Shown one piece after another: positions 1-13,500 of a stretch of DNA of 64,000 nt; the stretch's first letter is position 1; each line of letters opens with the position of its first letter. The notes under the pieces were generated by a model. That model searched no databases. It was given only the letters and a program-made list of their open reading frames with translations, and was not told where the DNA came from. This DNA comes from Azolla caroliniana (taxonomy: Eukaryota; Plantae; Polypodiophyta). The translations under genes were made by a program, and so were the position numbers. The DNA lies in the NCBI GenBank assembly GCA_043228905.1, contig JBHGNT010000022.1, forward strand, positions 7,750,001-7,814,000, read 5' to 3'.

Positions 1-352
1 TGCCGAATTGAATAGGTCGAGGAGCACGAGCAAGGTGTGAAGCTAGGAGAAGTCGGAACGAAGATCCGGAAGAGCAGGCGGAACCTCAAGTTGAGCTTGA
101 GGGGGAGTGTTGAGATACAAGCTCAACATTGGGTCGTAGCGGTGCATAAACCGGGAGGCCGTTGGATAGATATTTTTGGAAGTGAGTGTAGGGGCTCATT
201 AATGAGATTGAAGTACGTGTCAGTACTTCTGTCAGTCCGTATGGACTTGTATAAATGTGCTCTATGAGCACATCCTATGTACGAAGTTTTAGAGTATTGT
301 TTTGGAATAGATTTTTCCTATGTTCTGCTCTCCATGTTTCTCCTACGTATGC
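1..352 (+). mobile_element. 3' end of Ty1/copia element Z: pol tail, PPT and 3' LTR (108-352, interrupted by gypsy A)
   Basis: Reads ...EPQVELEGEC* over ttgagggggag|TGTTGA at 108, the same ending as the copia at 30601-30651; LTR has a cttgtataaat TATA region like 25101-25507. Confidence 0.85.
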
Positions 353-933
353 TGTCGTGAGGAAAACCGACTACGAGGTGAAACGGGGGCGTGGGCGTGT
401 GTACCACCGCATGCATGGATGCCTGGACATTGCAAATAAACTTGTACATAATCTAAGACTATGCTAGGTCGGTGTGAGGGGAGAGCTTTAATATAATTAA
501 TACGTAAACCAATCAAAATGAATCTCTGTCCGAAGCGGTAGAGAATAAATCGTGACCTATAAAAAGAGGAAGGGCGGGCTGGAAAAAGCGATCCGCGTTT
601 TGGGAAGGGGGAAGTGTGGTCGAACTGGAAACCGAACACCGCCCTCTGCTACACTCTCTTTAGGAGCTCTTTTTCCAGACACCTCTGTTCGTGTAGGAAG
701 CCCGTGTGCTCCCGACAGAGGCTCCACGTTGTATCTTGGCGTTAGTGTGTGTGTGTGTGTTGTTGACTGAGTTGTGGCTCAGTTACCAGCGAGCCGGTTA
801 TAATCTTTTTTAATTGATTAACAATCTTTCTCTCTCTGTCTTGCTTCTATTTGTCCTTCTGTCACGCTCCTTGGTCTAGGACCCCCCTGTGGTCCCTCCT
901 TCGTTTCTTACGCATACGCGTAGTTACGCGACA
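353..933 (+). repeat. 5' LTR of gypsy A
   Basis: TGT...ACA termini, cctataaaa TATA near 557, followed by a PBS; termini resemble the solo LTR at 43795-44335. Confidence 0.8.
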
Positions 934-939
934 TTAATT

Positions 940-957
940 TGGTGAACCTAATGTGAA
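940..957 (+). promoter_or_regulatory. PBS, probably tRNA-Trp
   Basis: tggtgaacctaatgtgaa versus recalled plant tRNA-Trp complement TGGTGAACCCGACGTGAA; the three mismatches are all CpG-type transitions. Confidence 0.65.
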
Positions 958-981
958 ACAGGCGGCAGAGGAGTCTGAAGG

Positions 982-3172
982 ATGAGAGGAAGCGAGCTTG
1001 CTAAAGCCATGGCAGTAGCCGTTCATCGGCTGGTGAGCGCTCGTGAGGGCACGGGTGCCCTTGACAGGGCTATCGAAGCAATCGTCGGCACGATAGGCCG
1101 GTTTGGGGGAAAGAATGTGACGAGCTATCTAGAGGCATCCCAAAGGACGAAAGACTGGCCGAATTCCCTCGGGTGGTGACGTCGAGCATCCACGCGGAGG
1201 AGGTCAAGGTGCAGGCCGGTTGCCAGACTTGGGAGGAGTTTGGACGGCTCATCGAGAGGTACGGCTTCGACGACTCGCTCTGCCTGTCGAAGCGGGATAT
1301 CATGAAATGGGTCGAAAGCCCCGGAAAGGGGAGGAACACGTCGGTGCTCCTCCAGGATTTTGAGAAACGGTTTGCGCGGCTCTGAACGTTGGACCGAACC
1401 GTGCTCGACATGAGTCACGTCTTGCTGTTTATCAAGTCTGTGGACGTGCAGGATCAAGAGAAGGTGGGTCTCCTAATAGAGACAAACGATGGGCTCACGG
1501 CCGATTGGGCCGTGGTAAAGAGGGTCTGCGGCGGTTTCGACAAACGACATGAGTGGAGCAGTGAAGGTTCATCGGCATCAGGACCGGCGGTGGGGAGGAA
1601 GTTGGAGGAGCCGATACCGGCGTGAAAGGAAGAGACGCCAACTTGGCTTGAGTCGAGCATCGCCCCGACTAGCGTGGTCAAAGGCCCATCCGGGGGAGTG
1701 GCTCTAGAAGAGTTAACGCAGATGGTGCGTGATCTCGAGATCATACACACCTGGAGGGATAGCGGAGGACAACCACGGGACCGGAAGCCTCAGGCCGACC
1801 AATGATGTATGTGGTGCGACACGGTTGGTGACATCCGGAAAGAGTGTGCGGATTTTGGAGAGGCTCTTAGGAGCGATGTGTTGAGAAATCGTTGCGGAAT
1901 AGATCACAATGAACAAACTACGCATTGAAATACGAATTACAGAAATGCCAGAAAGACAAGATAAACAGAAGTATACATAGAGATTTATGTGGAAACCCTA
2001 AAATGGGGAAAACCACGGGTGAACAGAATCTTCACTATACAAAGTGGATATACAATAGCGAGAAGAATACAACATTCTATCGAGTGTATCAGCCACACAA
2101 GGCTCTTCGCGTCTGTTGTTACTCACACAGCTATGGCGCGGCTCGCACACACACACTCTCTCTCGCTCTCCTGCACACTGTTCTATTCAATAGTTCTAAC
2201 TCTGTTCTTACATGTATAAAGTTTGCCCTAGTTGTATATATACCTACACAACTTTCTGGCTATTTACATACGTAGCCCTCATGGGGCGCACACTTAGACT
2301 ATTCACAAGTATAGTCACCCGAGTTGGCTATTTACCCGAGTCACTCATCAACTCGGCTCCTCTCTCTTTCCCATTTGGAGGGACTTGTTTCCACACATCA
2401 TCATTATTATTATTACTATAATAATAATAGTCGAATCTTCAAACAGTTGACTCACTGTTTTCGACTCTTCGACTGTCGGCTTTCCGAACAGTCGGATCTT
2501 CCCTGTCATTGACTGTTGGCTTTCCGATCAGTCGGTTCTTCCTCCCACTAGAGGGACATATTCCCAACACGATGTAGTGTACCTTTGGAATGGGCGGGTG
2601 CATGCGAGCGAAACCCGGAAAGCCCTAGAGTTGAATACCGGGTGCGATGGAATGAAGCAGTTAATGGAAGAAGCCACGACGCGACACACCGAAGCTATCC
2701 ACTATTCAGCGTTAGCTAGGATCCGAGTCGGAAGCGATGGTGGCCAGAAAACAAAGGACTCTGGATTCTGTCCCTCGGTGCTAGAAGGCCTCTACGGAGT
2801 GCGACTAAGGAAGGAGGAAGCGGACCGCGCGGAGAAGCAGGTTCGGGAAGTTATAGGGTGGACCAATCTAGTCGAGGAGAAGACCGGTTTCGTGGAAGCG
2901 GCGTGCTAGAACTACGAAGTTCTGGTAGAAGACAAGTGAGTGGGAAAGGGCGGAGGAGCCAAACCCTCCAGCTGATACGAAACGTGAAGCGTACCGAAGA
3001 AGAATGAGGTCGGTAATTCCAGCGTACAGGACAAAACGAAGCAAGCCGGTTACCGGTTGGGCACAGAAATAGAGAGGGCTACAGACTTGCGGAAAGTCCT
3101 CGAAGAGCGAGTTCTCGACAATAGGGTGGAGCTGATGCTAAGGGAGGTGCTACGAATCCCCAAGGAGTTCTA
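982..3172 (+). pseudogene. gag: Degenerate gag region of gypsy A, split by a solo LTR
   Basis: ORF fragments 982-1179, 1173-1385, 1389-1625, 2577-2909 with stops and frameshifts; decayed CMWCD...GHIRKEC-like knuckle near 1805-1850. Confidence 0.65.
1879..2569 (-). mobile_element. Solo LTR of a copia family related to copia C
   Basis: TGTTGAG...CCCAACA flanked by perfect TSD cgatg (1874-1878, 2570-2574); minus strand starts TGTTGGGAA and has the ggttttcccc..tagggtttccac motif of the LTR at 33149. Confidence 0.9.
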
Positions 3173-3644
3173 GGGTGAAAGCACGCCATGGTGTACCAAA
3201 AAAGTAAAGTTTTTGGCCAAAAAAATCATGTCTACTTTTTATACTGTTAGTACTAAAAATTAATAAATAATAATAATTTCAGCAAAAATAAAATTCTAGA
3301 GTGACATGGGAGTACTACAAAGTGCAATAATGACAGAAAATGGGGGGAAAGTGATATGAGAGGATTTTACCATTTTGGGGGGTATTTCCCCCTTCACATT
3401 AAAGTTTTTTCACTTTTTCAAAATTTCACCTTTTTCATTTTTTATGCTTTTTCTTCTCATCGTTCTTCTTCCAACCAAGCCTTCTCCTTACTCATAACTG
3501 AACCTTATTTCTAAATCATTCTCCTATGTCTGATTTGAACCTTATGCATGAATCATTGTCTGAACTTAGATATCATGCTTCATCTTTGAATAGTACTCAT
3601 AACAGCATGGCTGAAGCTTCTTCCATGAATCATTATTCTACCTC

Positions 3645-3810
3645 AGATTTGAAGTTTCTTTCGACACTAATCTTTTGCACTCTGATTTGAAGTTTCTTCC
3701 AACATGAACCTTCTGCACTCAGATTTGATGCTTCTTCCAACACGAATCTTTTGCACTCAGATTTGACGCTTCTTCTAACACGAATCTTCTGCACTCAAAT
3801 TTGAAGCTTT
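3645..3810. repeat. 38-bp tandem repeat, about 4 copies
   Basis: gatttgaNgcttcttccaacacgaatcttNtgcactca units at 3683, 3721, 3759. Confidence 0.85.
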
Positions 3811-3869
3811 GGTTGACAAGAGTCCTCCTATCTCTAATTTGAAGATTCTTTAATGAACCATATGTGGTT

Positions 3870-4660
3870 CATTGATTGGGAAACTTCTTCCTCATGTTCA
3901 TATTTCTTCTCATATTCTCATGTACACCTCTTTCATGTTCTTCTTTTTTCTCATATTCTCATGTCCAACATGAGTCTTCCTATCTTCAATTTGAAGTTTC
4001 TTCCATGAATAGTAAGTGGTTCATAAATAGAGGAGATTTTTCCTTATGTTTATCTTTCTTCTCATCTTCTCATGTTCATCTTTTTTTCGTGTAGATTTTT
4101 TTTTATGTACATCTTTCTCATGTAAACCTTTTTCATGTTCATCTTTCTTCTCTATTCTCATGTAGATATTTTTCATGTTCATCTTTCCTTTCTTATTATA
4201 ATGTTCATCTTTCTCTTGTAGGTTTTTTTCATGTTCATATTTCTTCTCTTATTCTCAGGTCCAATATAAGTATTCCAATCTTCGATTTTAAGGTTCATCT
4301 ATGAATCATAAGCAGTTCATACATAGAGGAGCTTCTTCCGCATTTTCATCTTATTTTTCATATTCTCGTGTTCATCTTTCTCTTGTGGATTCTTTTCTTG
4401 CTCATCTTTCTTATTTTTCATATTCTTTTCTCATATTTTTGTGTTCATCTTTCTCATCTTTATTATTTTCATGTTCATCATTTTTCTTGTATTCTCATGT
4501 TCATCTTCGTCATGTAGTTTTTTTGCATGTTCACCATTCTTCGTATATTTCATCATTTTAATATATAAACCATGGTTTTCTTGTATATGATTTTTTTATG
4601 TGATTCCTTGTCATATTCAAAATTTTTATGTTGCATGTTTATCTTTCTTCCTCTATTTCT
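3870..4660. repeat. Low-complexity CT-rich degenerate repeat
   Basis: Recurrent ttctcatgttcatctttc-like words. Confidence 0.7.
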
Positions 4661-4989
4661 TGCTTTTCATATTTGAAATCATGTTATCATTGGTTATTAA
4701 ATTACTAATACAAGTTTTGTTGATTTATTATGCTTGCATATCCCATTTGGTAATATTAGTATACAACTAATTGTAACCTTGATTGCTTTAATTACTTTCC
4801 TTGGTATTCTTTTTTAAGTAATACATATAATTGAAAATGGGAGTCATCAATTAGATTGACATGTCTTGTTTACCAATAGACAGTATATAGTATGTATAAT
4901 TCTCAAAAAATGATCTATTAATTAGTCTTTCATTTTTTTTAAGAAGATGAAAGTTTTGCCTACAACCCATATTCGGTACAGTGAGCTTG

Positions 4990-5210
4990 AAGTGGTAACT
5001 ATTATATTGTGAAATGGAAACAAATTTCGGGTACATTGTAGAAAATATAGGGAATAGACTAGTTAGGAAAAATATTATCTGAGCATATCAGGAGACATAT
5101 GTTACTATGCTTGTCTCAAAGTTTTAAAAGTAACTCTTGGAGTTCATTCCACGTAAATTTAGGGGTTATGAGCAAAATTCACAGTTAAAGGAATGTTACA
5201 TCACAAATTA
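4990..5210 (+). pseudogene. Possible upstream transposase exon, highly decayed
   Basis: Broken frames suggest KWKQ...YQET...EFIP.KFR.YEQNSQLKEC, resembling the region upstream of the Sola2 catalytic core; weak. Confidence 0.35.
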
Positions 5211-5559
5211 ATAATCTACATTTCAGATGATAAAAAGCAATTTCCGATATTTGTTTAACATTGGTTTCAGCTTGACCATGCATATTTACTATTTCTTGGT
5301 CTTACCTTTATTAACATTAAGTCTAGTTCGATGGTGTAGCCTCACAATTTAAGGCGGCATGATACTTCTTTTTTATTGGAAGGTAAATTGATTAAGTACA
5401 CATAGTTCTAAGTCTATTCAACTAATACTTCATAGGCCTTCAACTATTACTTTAGTTTCCTTACTTTCTAATCTTTAATGAAAACTTAGAACTAATTGCA
5501 TTCAATCTTGTCTACATTACTAATATTAGTTTAGTCTCCTACATTTAGTGTTGTTCAAT

Positions 5560-6930
5560 AAAAACTTGTTACTTTTCCTCTAATGTGCATTAGTACTAAT
5601 AATGTTTTTACCCGTGTTTAGTATTTTTAAATAATAACTTAGTATTGTCCTCCAATGTGCATCAATACTAATTATGTATTTACCGATATCTAGTACTTTT
5701 AAATAACAATGTAGTATTGTCCTCCCATGCGCATCAATACTAATTGTATATTTACCTATATTTAGTATTTTTATATAACAACTTAGTATTGTTGTTCTAT
5801 ATGCATCATCACTAATTGTCTATTCACCTATTCTTAGTGCTTTGAATAACAACTTAGTATTGCTATCATATGTGCATCATTACTAATTATTTGTTTACCC
5901 ATGTTTAGTATTTCTAAATGACAACTTAGTATTGTCCTCCCATATGTGGCAGTACTAATTTTCTACTCATTTATGTTTAGTATCTATAAATAATAACTTA
6001 CTACTTTCCTCCCACGTGCATCAGTACTAATTGTATATTTACCTAAGTTTAATATTTTTAAATAAAAACTTAACATTGTCCCCCCATGTGTGTCAGTACT
6101 AATTTTTTATTCACGTATGTTTAGTATCTACAAATAATAACTTAGTACTATCCTCCCATGTGCATCAGTACTAATTGTGTATTTACCTAAGTTTAGTATT
6201 TTTAAATAAAAACTTAGTACTATCCTTCCATGTGCATCAGTACTAATTGCATATTTACCCAAATGTAGTATTTTTAAATAACAACTTAGTATTATCCTCC
6301 CATGTGTGTCAGTACTAATTTTCTACTCACTTATGTTTAGTATTTTTAAATAACAACTTAGTACTATCCTCCCATGTGCATCAGTACTAATTGTTTATTC
6401 ACGTGTTTAGTATAGATATAAATAAAAACTTAGTATTCTCCTCCCATGTGAATCAATACTAATTGTCTATTCACGTATGTTTAGTATCTACAAGTAATAA
6501 CTTAGTACTGACCTCCCATCCCATCTGCATCAGTACTAATTTACAACATGGTACTATCCTTAATTTACAACTTAGTACTATCCTCCCACGTGCACAAGTA
6601 CTAATTATGTTTTAAGCCATGTAAAATATTCTTAATTTACAACATAGTACTATCCTCCCACGTCTATCAGTACTAATTCTATTTTAAGCCATGTTAAGTA
6701 TTCTTAATTTACAACTTAGTACTGTCCTCTCACGTGAATCAATGCTCATTATGTTTTAAGCCATGTAAAGTATTCTTAATTTACAACTTAGTACTGTCCA
6801 CCCAAGTGCACAAGTATTGATTATGGTTTTAGCCATGTAAAGTATTCTTACTTTACAACTTAGTACTATCCTCCCACATCTATTAGTACTAATTCTATTT
6901 TAAGACATGCTAAGTTTTAAGCCATGTTAA
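5560..6930. repeat. 72-bp minisatellite, about 19 copies
   Basis: cttagtactatcctcccatgtgcatcagtactaatt... recurs at 6141, 6213, 6285 and 6571, 6643, 6715. Confidence 0.9.
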
Positions 6931-7020
6931 GTATTGTTTGGCTACCTGAGATGTACTAACTTAGTATTGTTACTAATGTTTGTTGGCTACCTGTGATGCA
7001 AAACACCCAGGTACTTCTCA

Positions 7021-7868
7021 TTGATCAACATTAGGATGCAATGGAACTACTTCAGGTTTGGACATGGAAAGGGAGAGCATGATGGGGTAGAGGTTGTGAT
7101 CAAGCATGTTCTTATAAGAAAGAAGGTGGATAATAAAGGTGCTAAGTTACAAATTGCACATGATGTTGTGGAGTGGCTAACATGGAAGATGTCAAATGAT
7201 GGTAAGAATAGATTGTTTACTGAGATTTGTGCTAATGAGTTGGATAGAAGTAAATCATATGGTTGTAAAACCATGAAAAGGACGTGTAAGATCCATTGTT
7301 ATTTCGCAGTTAATCATGCTTTTATTGCATGTGTATTATAAGTGAATCTTGGGATGAATGCACCAATCTATCAGTCGTGGAGTCATGGAAGTTGCAGAAG
7401 CTTGAGATTCAACGACAAGATGATATTCAAGAAAACAAACATTCAAACAATATTGTATACTACAACCAATGTACACTTTTATTGGAGATAATTTTGAAAT
7501 GCTTAAATCTCCTCAAAATGAAGATTTTGAATGAAGACTACTACATCGTGGTGTGCAAGCAAGGCACCACAATATTGAAAGAAGTGGCGAGGGATGGTTG
7601 GGGCAACATGTCCAACGTTGACGAGTCTATCATCCGTGGTAACTATTAATATGCAATGTTTCCACAATTCAAGAACACGTATGCATTATTGCAAGATGCA
7701 CCCACTACCGTAATCTATGCTGATGCCATTATCACAATCAAGTTCACTATGACTCAGGCAAAGCACAAAATTAAGGGATACAAAACTATCTATAAGGTCC
7801 CTCAAGATGTACATGAACACATATTGGGGGAGGTCTCCCTCTTTAATGCTTTGAATTTTAACTGTTAA
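7021..7868 (+). pseudogene. Sola2-type DDD transposase C-terminal part, frameshifted
   Basis: ORFs 7021-7341 (WNYFRFGHGKGEHDGVEVVIKH), 7329-7649 and 7656-7868; HGKGxxDG is the recalled third-Asp motif of Sola2 transposases. Confidence 0.75.
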
Positions 7869-7969
7869 TACATTGTAGAAACCTTGTAGAATGGCAAGTG
7901 ATCTTGAATGTCAGATCTTCATATTTAACTTCACAAGTTATCCTAATTCGGGATGACAAATTCATCAAT

Positions 7970-8770
7970 ATATATCCTCTTTGGTTTTCCTAAAGTTTTT
8001 GGCGTTCTTATAGTGTTAATTGTTTCTAGTAATGTATATATCCTCTTTGGTTTGCATAAAGTGATTGGTGCTTATATAATGTTAACTTTTTCTAGTAATA
8101 TATTATCCTCTTCGGTTTTTATAAAGTGTTTGGTGCTAATATAATGTTAAATGTTTCTAGTGATGTATTATCTTCTTTGGTTTTCATAAAGTGTTTGTTG
8201 CTCTTGTAGTGTTAATTGTTTCTAGTAATGTATATATCGTCTTTGGTGTTCGTTAAGTGTTTGGTGCTCTTATCGCGTTAAATTTTTCTAGTAATGTAAT
8301 ATCCTCTTTGGTTTTCATAAAGTCTGTTGTGCTCTTATAGTGTTAACTGTTTCTAGCAATGTATTATCCTCTTTGGTATTCATAAAGTGTTTAGTGCTCT
8401 TGTAGTGTTAACTGTTTCTAGTAATGTATTATCCTGTTTAGTTTTCATAAAGTGTTTGGTGCTCTTGTAGTGTTAACTATTTCTAGTAATGTATATATCC
8501 TTTTTGGTGTTCGTTAAGTGTTTGGTGCTCTTATAGTGGTAAATGTTTCTAGTAATGTAATATCCTCTTTGGTTTTCATAAAGTATTTGGTTCTCTTATA
8601 GTGTTAACTATTTCTAGTACAATATATATCCTTTTTTATTTTCATAAAGTATTTGGTGCTCTTATAATGCTAACTATTTCTAGTAATGTATATATCCTCT
8701 TTAGTTTTCATAAAGTGTTTGGTGCTCTTATAGTGTTAATTGTTTCTAGTCATGTATATATCCTCTTTTG
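7970..8770. repeat. 64-66-bp minisatellite, about 12 copies
   Basis: tcctctttggttttcataaagtgtttggtgctcttatagtgttaaNtgtttctagtaatgtat repeated. Confidence 0.9.
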
Positions 8771-8774
8771 TTCA

Positions 8775-8950
8775 CTATAACAACTATTATGCAAAGTTAT
8801 GACGGTTCTCCCACATGTATGCTTTAGTAAAAGATGCACCCACCGCCATAATCTATGTTGAGGGCATTATCGCAATCAAGTTCATATGACTCCAAAAAAG
8901 CACAAGGGAAGTAAATTGTCTACAAGGTCCCTCAAGAGGTACATGATGTC
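8775..8950 (+). pseudogene. Diverged second copy of the transposase 3' end
   Basis: aagatgcacccac...atctatg...aatcaagttca...aaggtccctcaagaNgtacatga is shared with 7640-7816. Confidence 0.8.
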
Positions 8951-9363
8951 ATAAACATCTTTGGAGTGTAATGGACTCAACATTCATCTTCTCATAAAAC
9001 ATCATATTCATACTTACAGAGAGAACAAAAACAATGTCAGACATATCAATTCGGCACATAATAACTATAAAAAAGACATATCATTTCGATATGACAATAA
9101 CAAGTACAGACCATGACCCATAAAATCTTTGGCACTAATATTTTCTGGTACTTGGAATGCTTCGAGAACTGATCATCTCCTTCATTGATTTTACACCCTT
9201 CTGCATAATACTGAGTGACACTTCATCATCGGAGGCCAATTGGACAACACCATCTCCTCGGAATGGTGGCACCCCACTTGAGTTTCCTACTTCATTGTTT
9301 ATACCAATATGAGATGCACAATCATCCAGAAAGGTGCGGTTAATGTCATAGACATGCCACAGA

Positions 9364-9427
9364 GGAAGGTAGAGATTGAACCCAAGACCTCATGGTCTCT
9401 ATTGGGCAAACGCTACCACTTGAGCTT
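9364..9427 (-). promoter_or_regulatory. tRNA-like A/B-box cassette in the 5' LTR
   Basis: Minus strand reads AGCTCAAGTGGTAG...GAGGTCTTGGGTTCAATCTC. Confidence 0.65.
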
Positions 9428-9715
9428 CATATGCATTCTTGTATTTAATTCAACTTCATATAGTGTAGATTGAACATTGGAAGTTCCTAGCTTACATGCA
9501 TTCTCATTCTCTAGCTTGCATGCATCCTCATGCGTACTCTATTGCATGCATCATCATGCACTCTATTTCTAGCTGGCTTATAGAGCCCTACCCTCTTGTA
9601 TAAATACTCATGCGCACCTTGATTCTAATCAAGGTGAACAAACTGTCACGGACAAGTACAATAGAGTAGAACGAAGATAAGACTGGAGTTTGTTCACCTT
9701 CCGTTTCTTGCTACC

Positions 9716-10581
9716 ATGTCCGGCTCCGTCGACAACCTAAAACAAATCATGGCAGCCTTGCAACAACTTCAACTGGAGAATGAAATCCTTTGGGAATCAT
9801 TACAAGAGTTGCAATTTGGCACTTCAAGAAATCCACTAGCCGCTAAGTCACAACCACCGTCGACACCTAGCCCGACCATGTCCTCTTCTCATCCACATGT
9901 CCTCGAACCAACCATCAGCCTACCCGACAAATTCAATGGCACAAGGGCGTATCTTCGCGGCTTTAACAATCAAATTCGGCTTATCATCCGATTACAGCCC
10001 CAACGGTATGCTAGCGACTTTTCTCAGGTTGGACTTGTCGGCACGCTTCTCTCTAGGCCCGCACAAGTGTGGTTTGCACCCTTCGAGACCTCATCCCCTC
10101 TCTTGGACGACTTCACCGCTTTCATGGAGGAGATTGAAGCGACATTTGGCGAGATAGATCGGCGACGAACGACACTCACAAAGCTTTATTCTGTCCAACA
10201 AGGTCCACGTCCTGCCTCGATCTACGCCTTAGAGTTCCGCAAGATTGCCTGCGATGTTAGTTGGGATGACCAAGCCCTATGCGACCATTTCCGTCGTGGT
10301 CTCCGAAATGACGTCAAGACTCTTCTCTTAAACTTCCCGGAGCCCATATCATTGTCTCAAGTAATCTCCCAAGTTGTCCAATGTGACAATCGTCTTTTCG
10401 AACTTTGTCAAGAAGAACGAGGGACTCGCAGGTCTAAGGCTTCTTCTCGGAACACAGCAATCACCAGGCCCTACTTGTCGCCCATGCCAACCTTACCATC
10501 AGCCAGTGAAACCCATACCACAATGGAGGTCGATTCCCATACCCCGATGGAGATCGACCATGCTCGGTTCCAACCACTAAC
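9716..10581 (+). pseudogene. gag: Chromovirus gag, cut by the gypsy F insertion at 10582
   Basis: ORF 9716-10621 with PDKFNGTR and QQGPRPASIYALEFR...FRRGL retrotransposon gag motifs and PMEID; the last codons derive from the inserted LTR. Confidence 0.9.
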
Positions 10582-13500
10582 TGTTGTCCGCCGGAATAGT
10601 AACCGACGGACAAGAGCGTAGGAATAAGAAATAATATAAGATCATAACGCATGTAACGGTTCACGCAGGAAGCGTGAACGGCTAAATAGACCCTGCGTAT
10701 ATAAAGGGCAGAAAACCTCTGATAGAGGGAGCGTGTAATTTTGGGAATGTAAGAAACGTCTCATAATAGAATTCTATCTTCTTTGATTCTTTGTGTATAG
10801 CTACGGCTAATCCCCTCTGTGTGTCTTGAAGACCTAAGCGTGTAAAAACGTAAGTGTAACCTTTGCTAAGGATTCGGTTGTAGCCGTCTCCCTTATACGC
10901 TGATAGGTTACAGGGAACATTCCGCTACACATTACACTTAGACGTCTATTAGTTGTTCCACACCCACTTGGAGGTCTAGGTCGAAGGACTGACCGCGGAC
11001 CGTGTTCCCAATCGGAAACACTTTTGGCACGCTTGGTGATCTGTGTCTTCTCACAACCGAACAACGACGAATGGATGTTTAGCTGCAGACGCCCTAGAGA
11101 ACCAACACGACAAGACCGGCCAATAAGAAGGTCCGTCACACGCCAGGCAGAAGAACGCGCACGGCAAAACCCGCGCCTCAGCAACCTTAGTGCTACCTGT
11201 CGTGAGTACAAAGGTGATTCTTTGCTCTCCAAATACCTCGACGAGACGCGGGGACTACGCTCACTACAGCCACCTGATGGTCTTTCCCGACCCGCCGTAG
11301 CCCCCACCATGGCCTTTGCCTACCCCTGCTTTAACAGCGAAACCGACGCCGCAACGCATATTCGCATGTTCCTGAATGTCTGAAATGCGAACCACATGGT
11401 GCAGAGCCTTTCAGAGGTGGTAGCACACCAGTCGAAAATGACAAAGTTCGGGTTAACATTAGATGGGCGAGCGGCGTTTTGGCATTCACAAATGGATTTA
11501 CTAGCAATAACAACCTTCGATCAACTGTAGTTTGCCTTCATGCGATTCTTCCATTGGAGGGTTCCACAATGCGAAATCCTCGGATAGTTTTATACGATTA
11601 AGCAACTATCGACCGAGACGATAGCGGACTTCAGCTTACGTTTCCAAAATTTATGATGGAAACTGGAATGGAGCCCCGCGGAAGACGAAGCTCGGGAAAC
11701 ATTTCTGGCAGCTTTACGCCGGCCCATCCGGGCAACGCTCAACAACAATAGCGTGAAAGGGGAAACAACGGATACGGTAATTGAATGAGCGTTACAGCTC
11801 GAGTTGGATGACAAGGAGGAAAGGTTTTCTATGTCCTCCTTACGACAAGCGTTACCTCAGGATGATGAACACTAGTGCACGATTTGCTTGAACTCGGGGC
11901 ATTCCGCAGTGGACTGCAATATGTGAATCCACTGCCCAATCTGCCACTCGAAGGCTCACATAGTCGACCAATGCGAATACAATATGTTAAACAGAGCCAC
12001 TCCTGCAGTCCGCAGCATGGACACACAGCGTCAACCACCCCGGACTGAACAAAGGAGGCAAGAAGACCGATCTCGGTATAAGGATCACAACCCACGGGAG
12101 GACCGGTACCACCGGAATCACCGAAATCACAACGATTCCGAGGAGGACGAACCAGAGGACGAGGATTATCGTGGACATCCGAGTTACGCCAAAGGGGGTC
12201 GGCGCTATGAGAATCAACGACCGACAAACAAATGGGGCGGTTTCAATGGTTATCGTGGTAAGCCACGGCAATATTGAGATCACCGGCATGACGACAAAAG
12301 CTCGGGGGATGAGCGGCACCAGGATCAATGATAGGACCAACAACAGCCACCGTGTACGTTCCGACAAACGAGGCCGGACCGCGAGGAGCAAGTAGCACCA
12401 GGGGAGCGGCACAACACCACCAGGAGCCGAGAAGGCTGAATCAAGCATCCATTGTTTTATTTGTCAGCAACCCGGACATTATGCCACGCAATGCCCAACA
12501 CGCAAGGGAAAGGGGCCCGCTGTCAATACGATTACGGCAAGTCACGACATGCCAGCAAACAAAAATGACTGATTGGGCTGCGCAAGACGAGGTACGCTGA
12601 CAAGCCCAAGCGTGGGTGGAAAAAGCAAACGCGACAAATACGGCACGTATGCGGAAGGAGTCCGCGAACACAATGGAGGGAGGAGAGGACCGGTCCCAGA
12701 CCCCATTTGGCAGGCGTTAGCGGGCTGTGAGATAACGTTAACCATGGAGAAACTACTATAGCTAGTCCCACGCTTCCGCTAGACCATGGAAGAACGGGTG
12801 ACAGGCATACTTGGGGTAAGTATCGCTACAAACCTTACAGACGTTAGCAGTGGACCGCCGGTAGTGGATCAACACAACCCGGCTATTACATTAATATTAC
12901 ACGAACAGGAAATTCCTGGATGCGTAATCGACGGCGGCTCAGGCGTCAATGTAATTAGCGCGAAAACTTGCGAGTAGTTAGGCATTTCAGAATGGGAGGG
13001 TTGCCCATTCTGGCTCCGAATGGCAGATACCCGCTCAATACGACCATTAGGGTGTTAATTCGCAAAATAGGCATTATCGTGGGCGGACACCGATTCGACA
13101 TCTCAGCGGTCGTCCTCGTCTTGGACACCCCAGGGGCGTACCAAGTGCTTCTGGGCAGACCATGGCTTCGGGCAGCAAATATCAAGCAGAGCTGGCAACA
13201 CAAGTTTATTAGTTTCCGACACGGACGCACCAAGGTTCGCGTACGTACGGAAGGAAGCACGCCACCACCGAAGGGTATAACACCATTATATGCAGAAGAT
13301 ATAAATATGTTGGTTGGGGTGGAGGATGCAGAATTAGAGGCATACCTCAACGAGCACCCTCGGATTATTCCGCTGTTTGAAATAGACATCATCGCAACCG
13401 TGGCAGAATATGCCACGGGCACTGTTCTCCACGACGAGCCTTACGAACCAAACCCAGAGTCCATATTGGAACTCAACAAAGCAACAACAGCATTCGAAAG

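Noticed and set aside
3876-4561. Phe/Ser-rich hydrophobic ORFs
   Set aside because: Products of low-complexity CT-rich repeat sequence.
5560-8770. Regularly spaced repeats resembling a CRISPR array
   Set aside because: Whole units repeat with no unique spacers, there are no cas genes, and the context is eukaryotic TE sequence.
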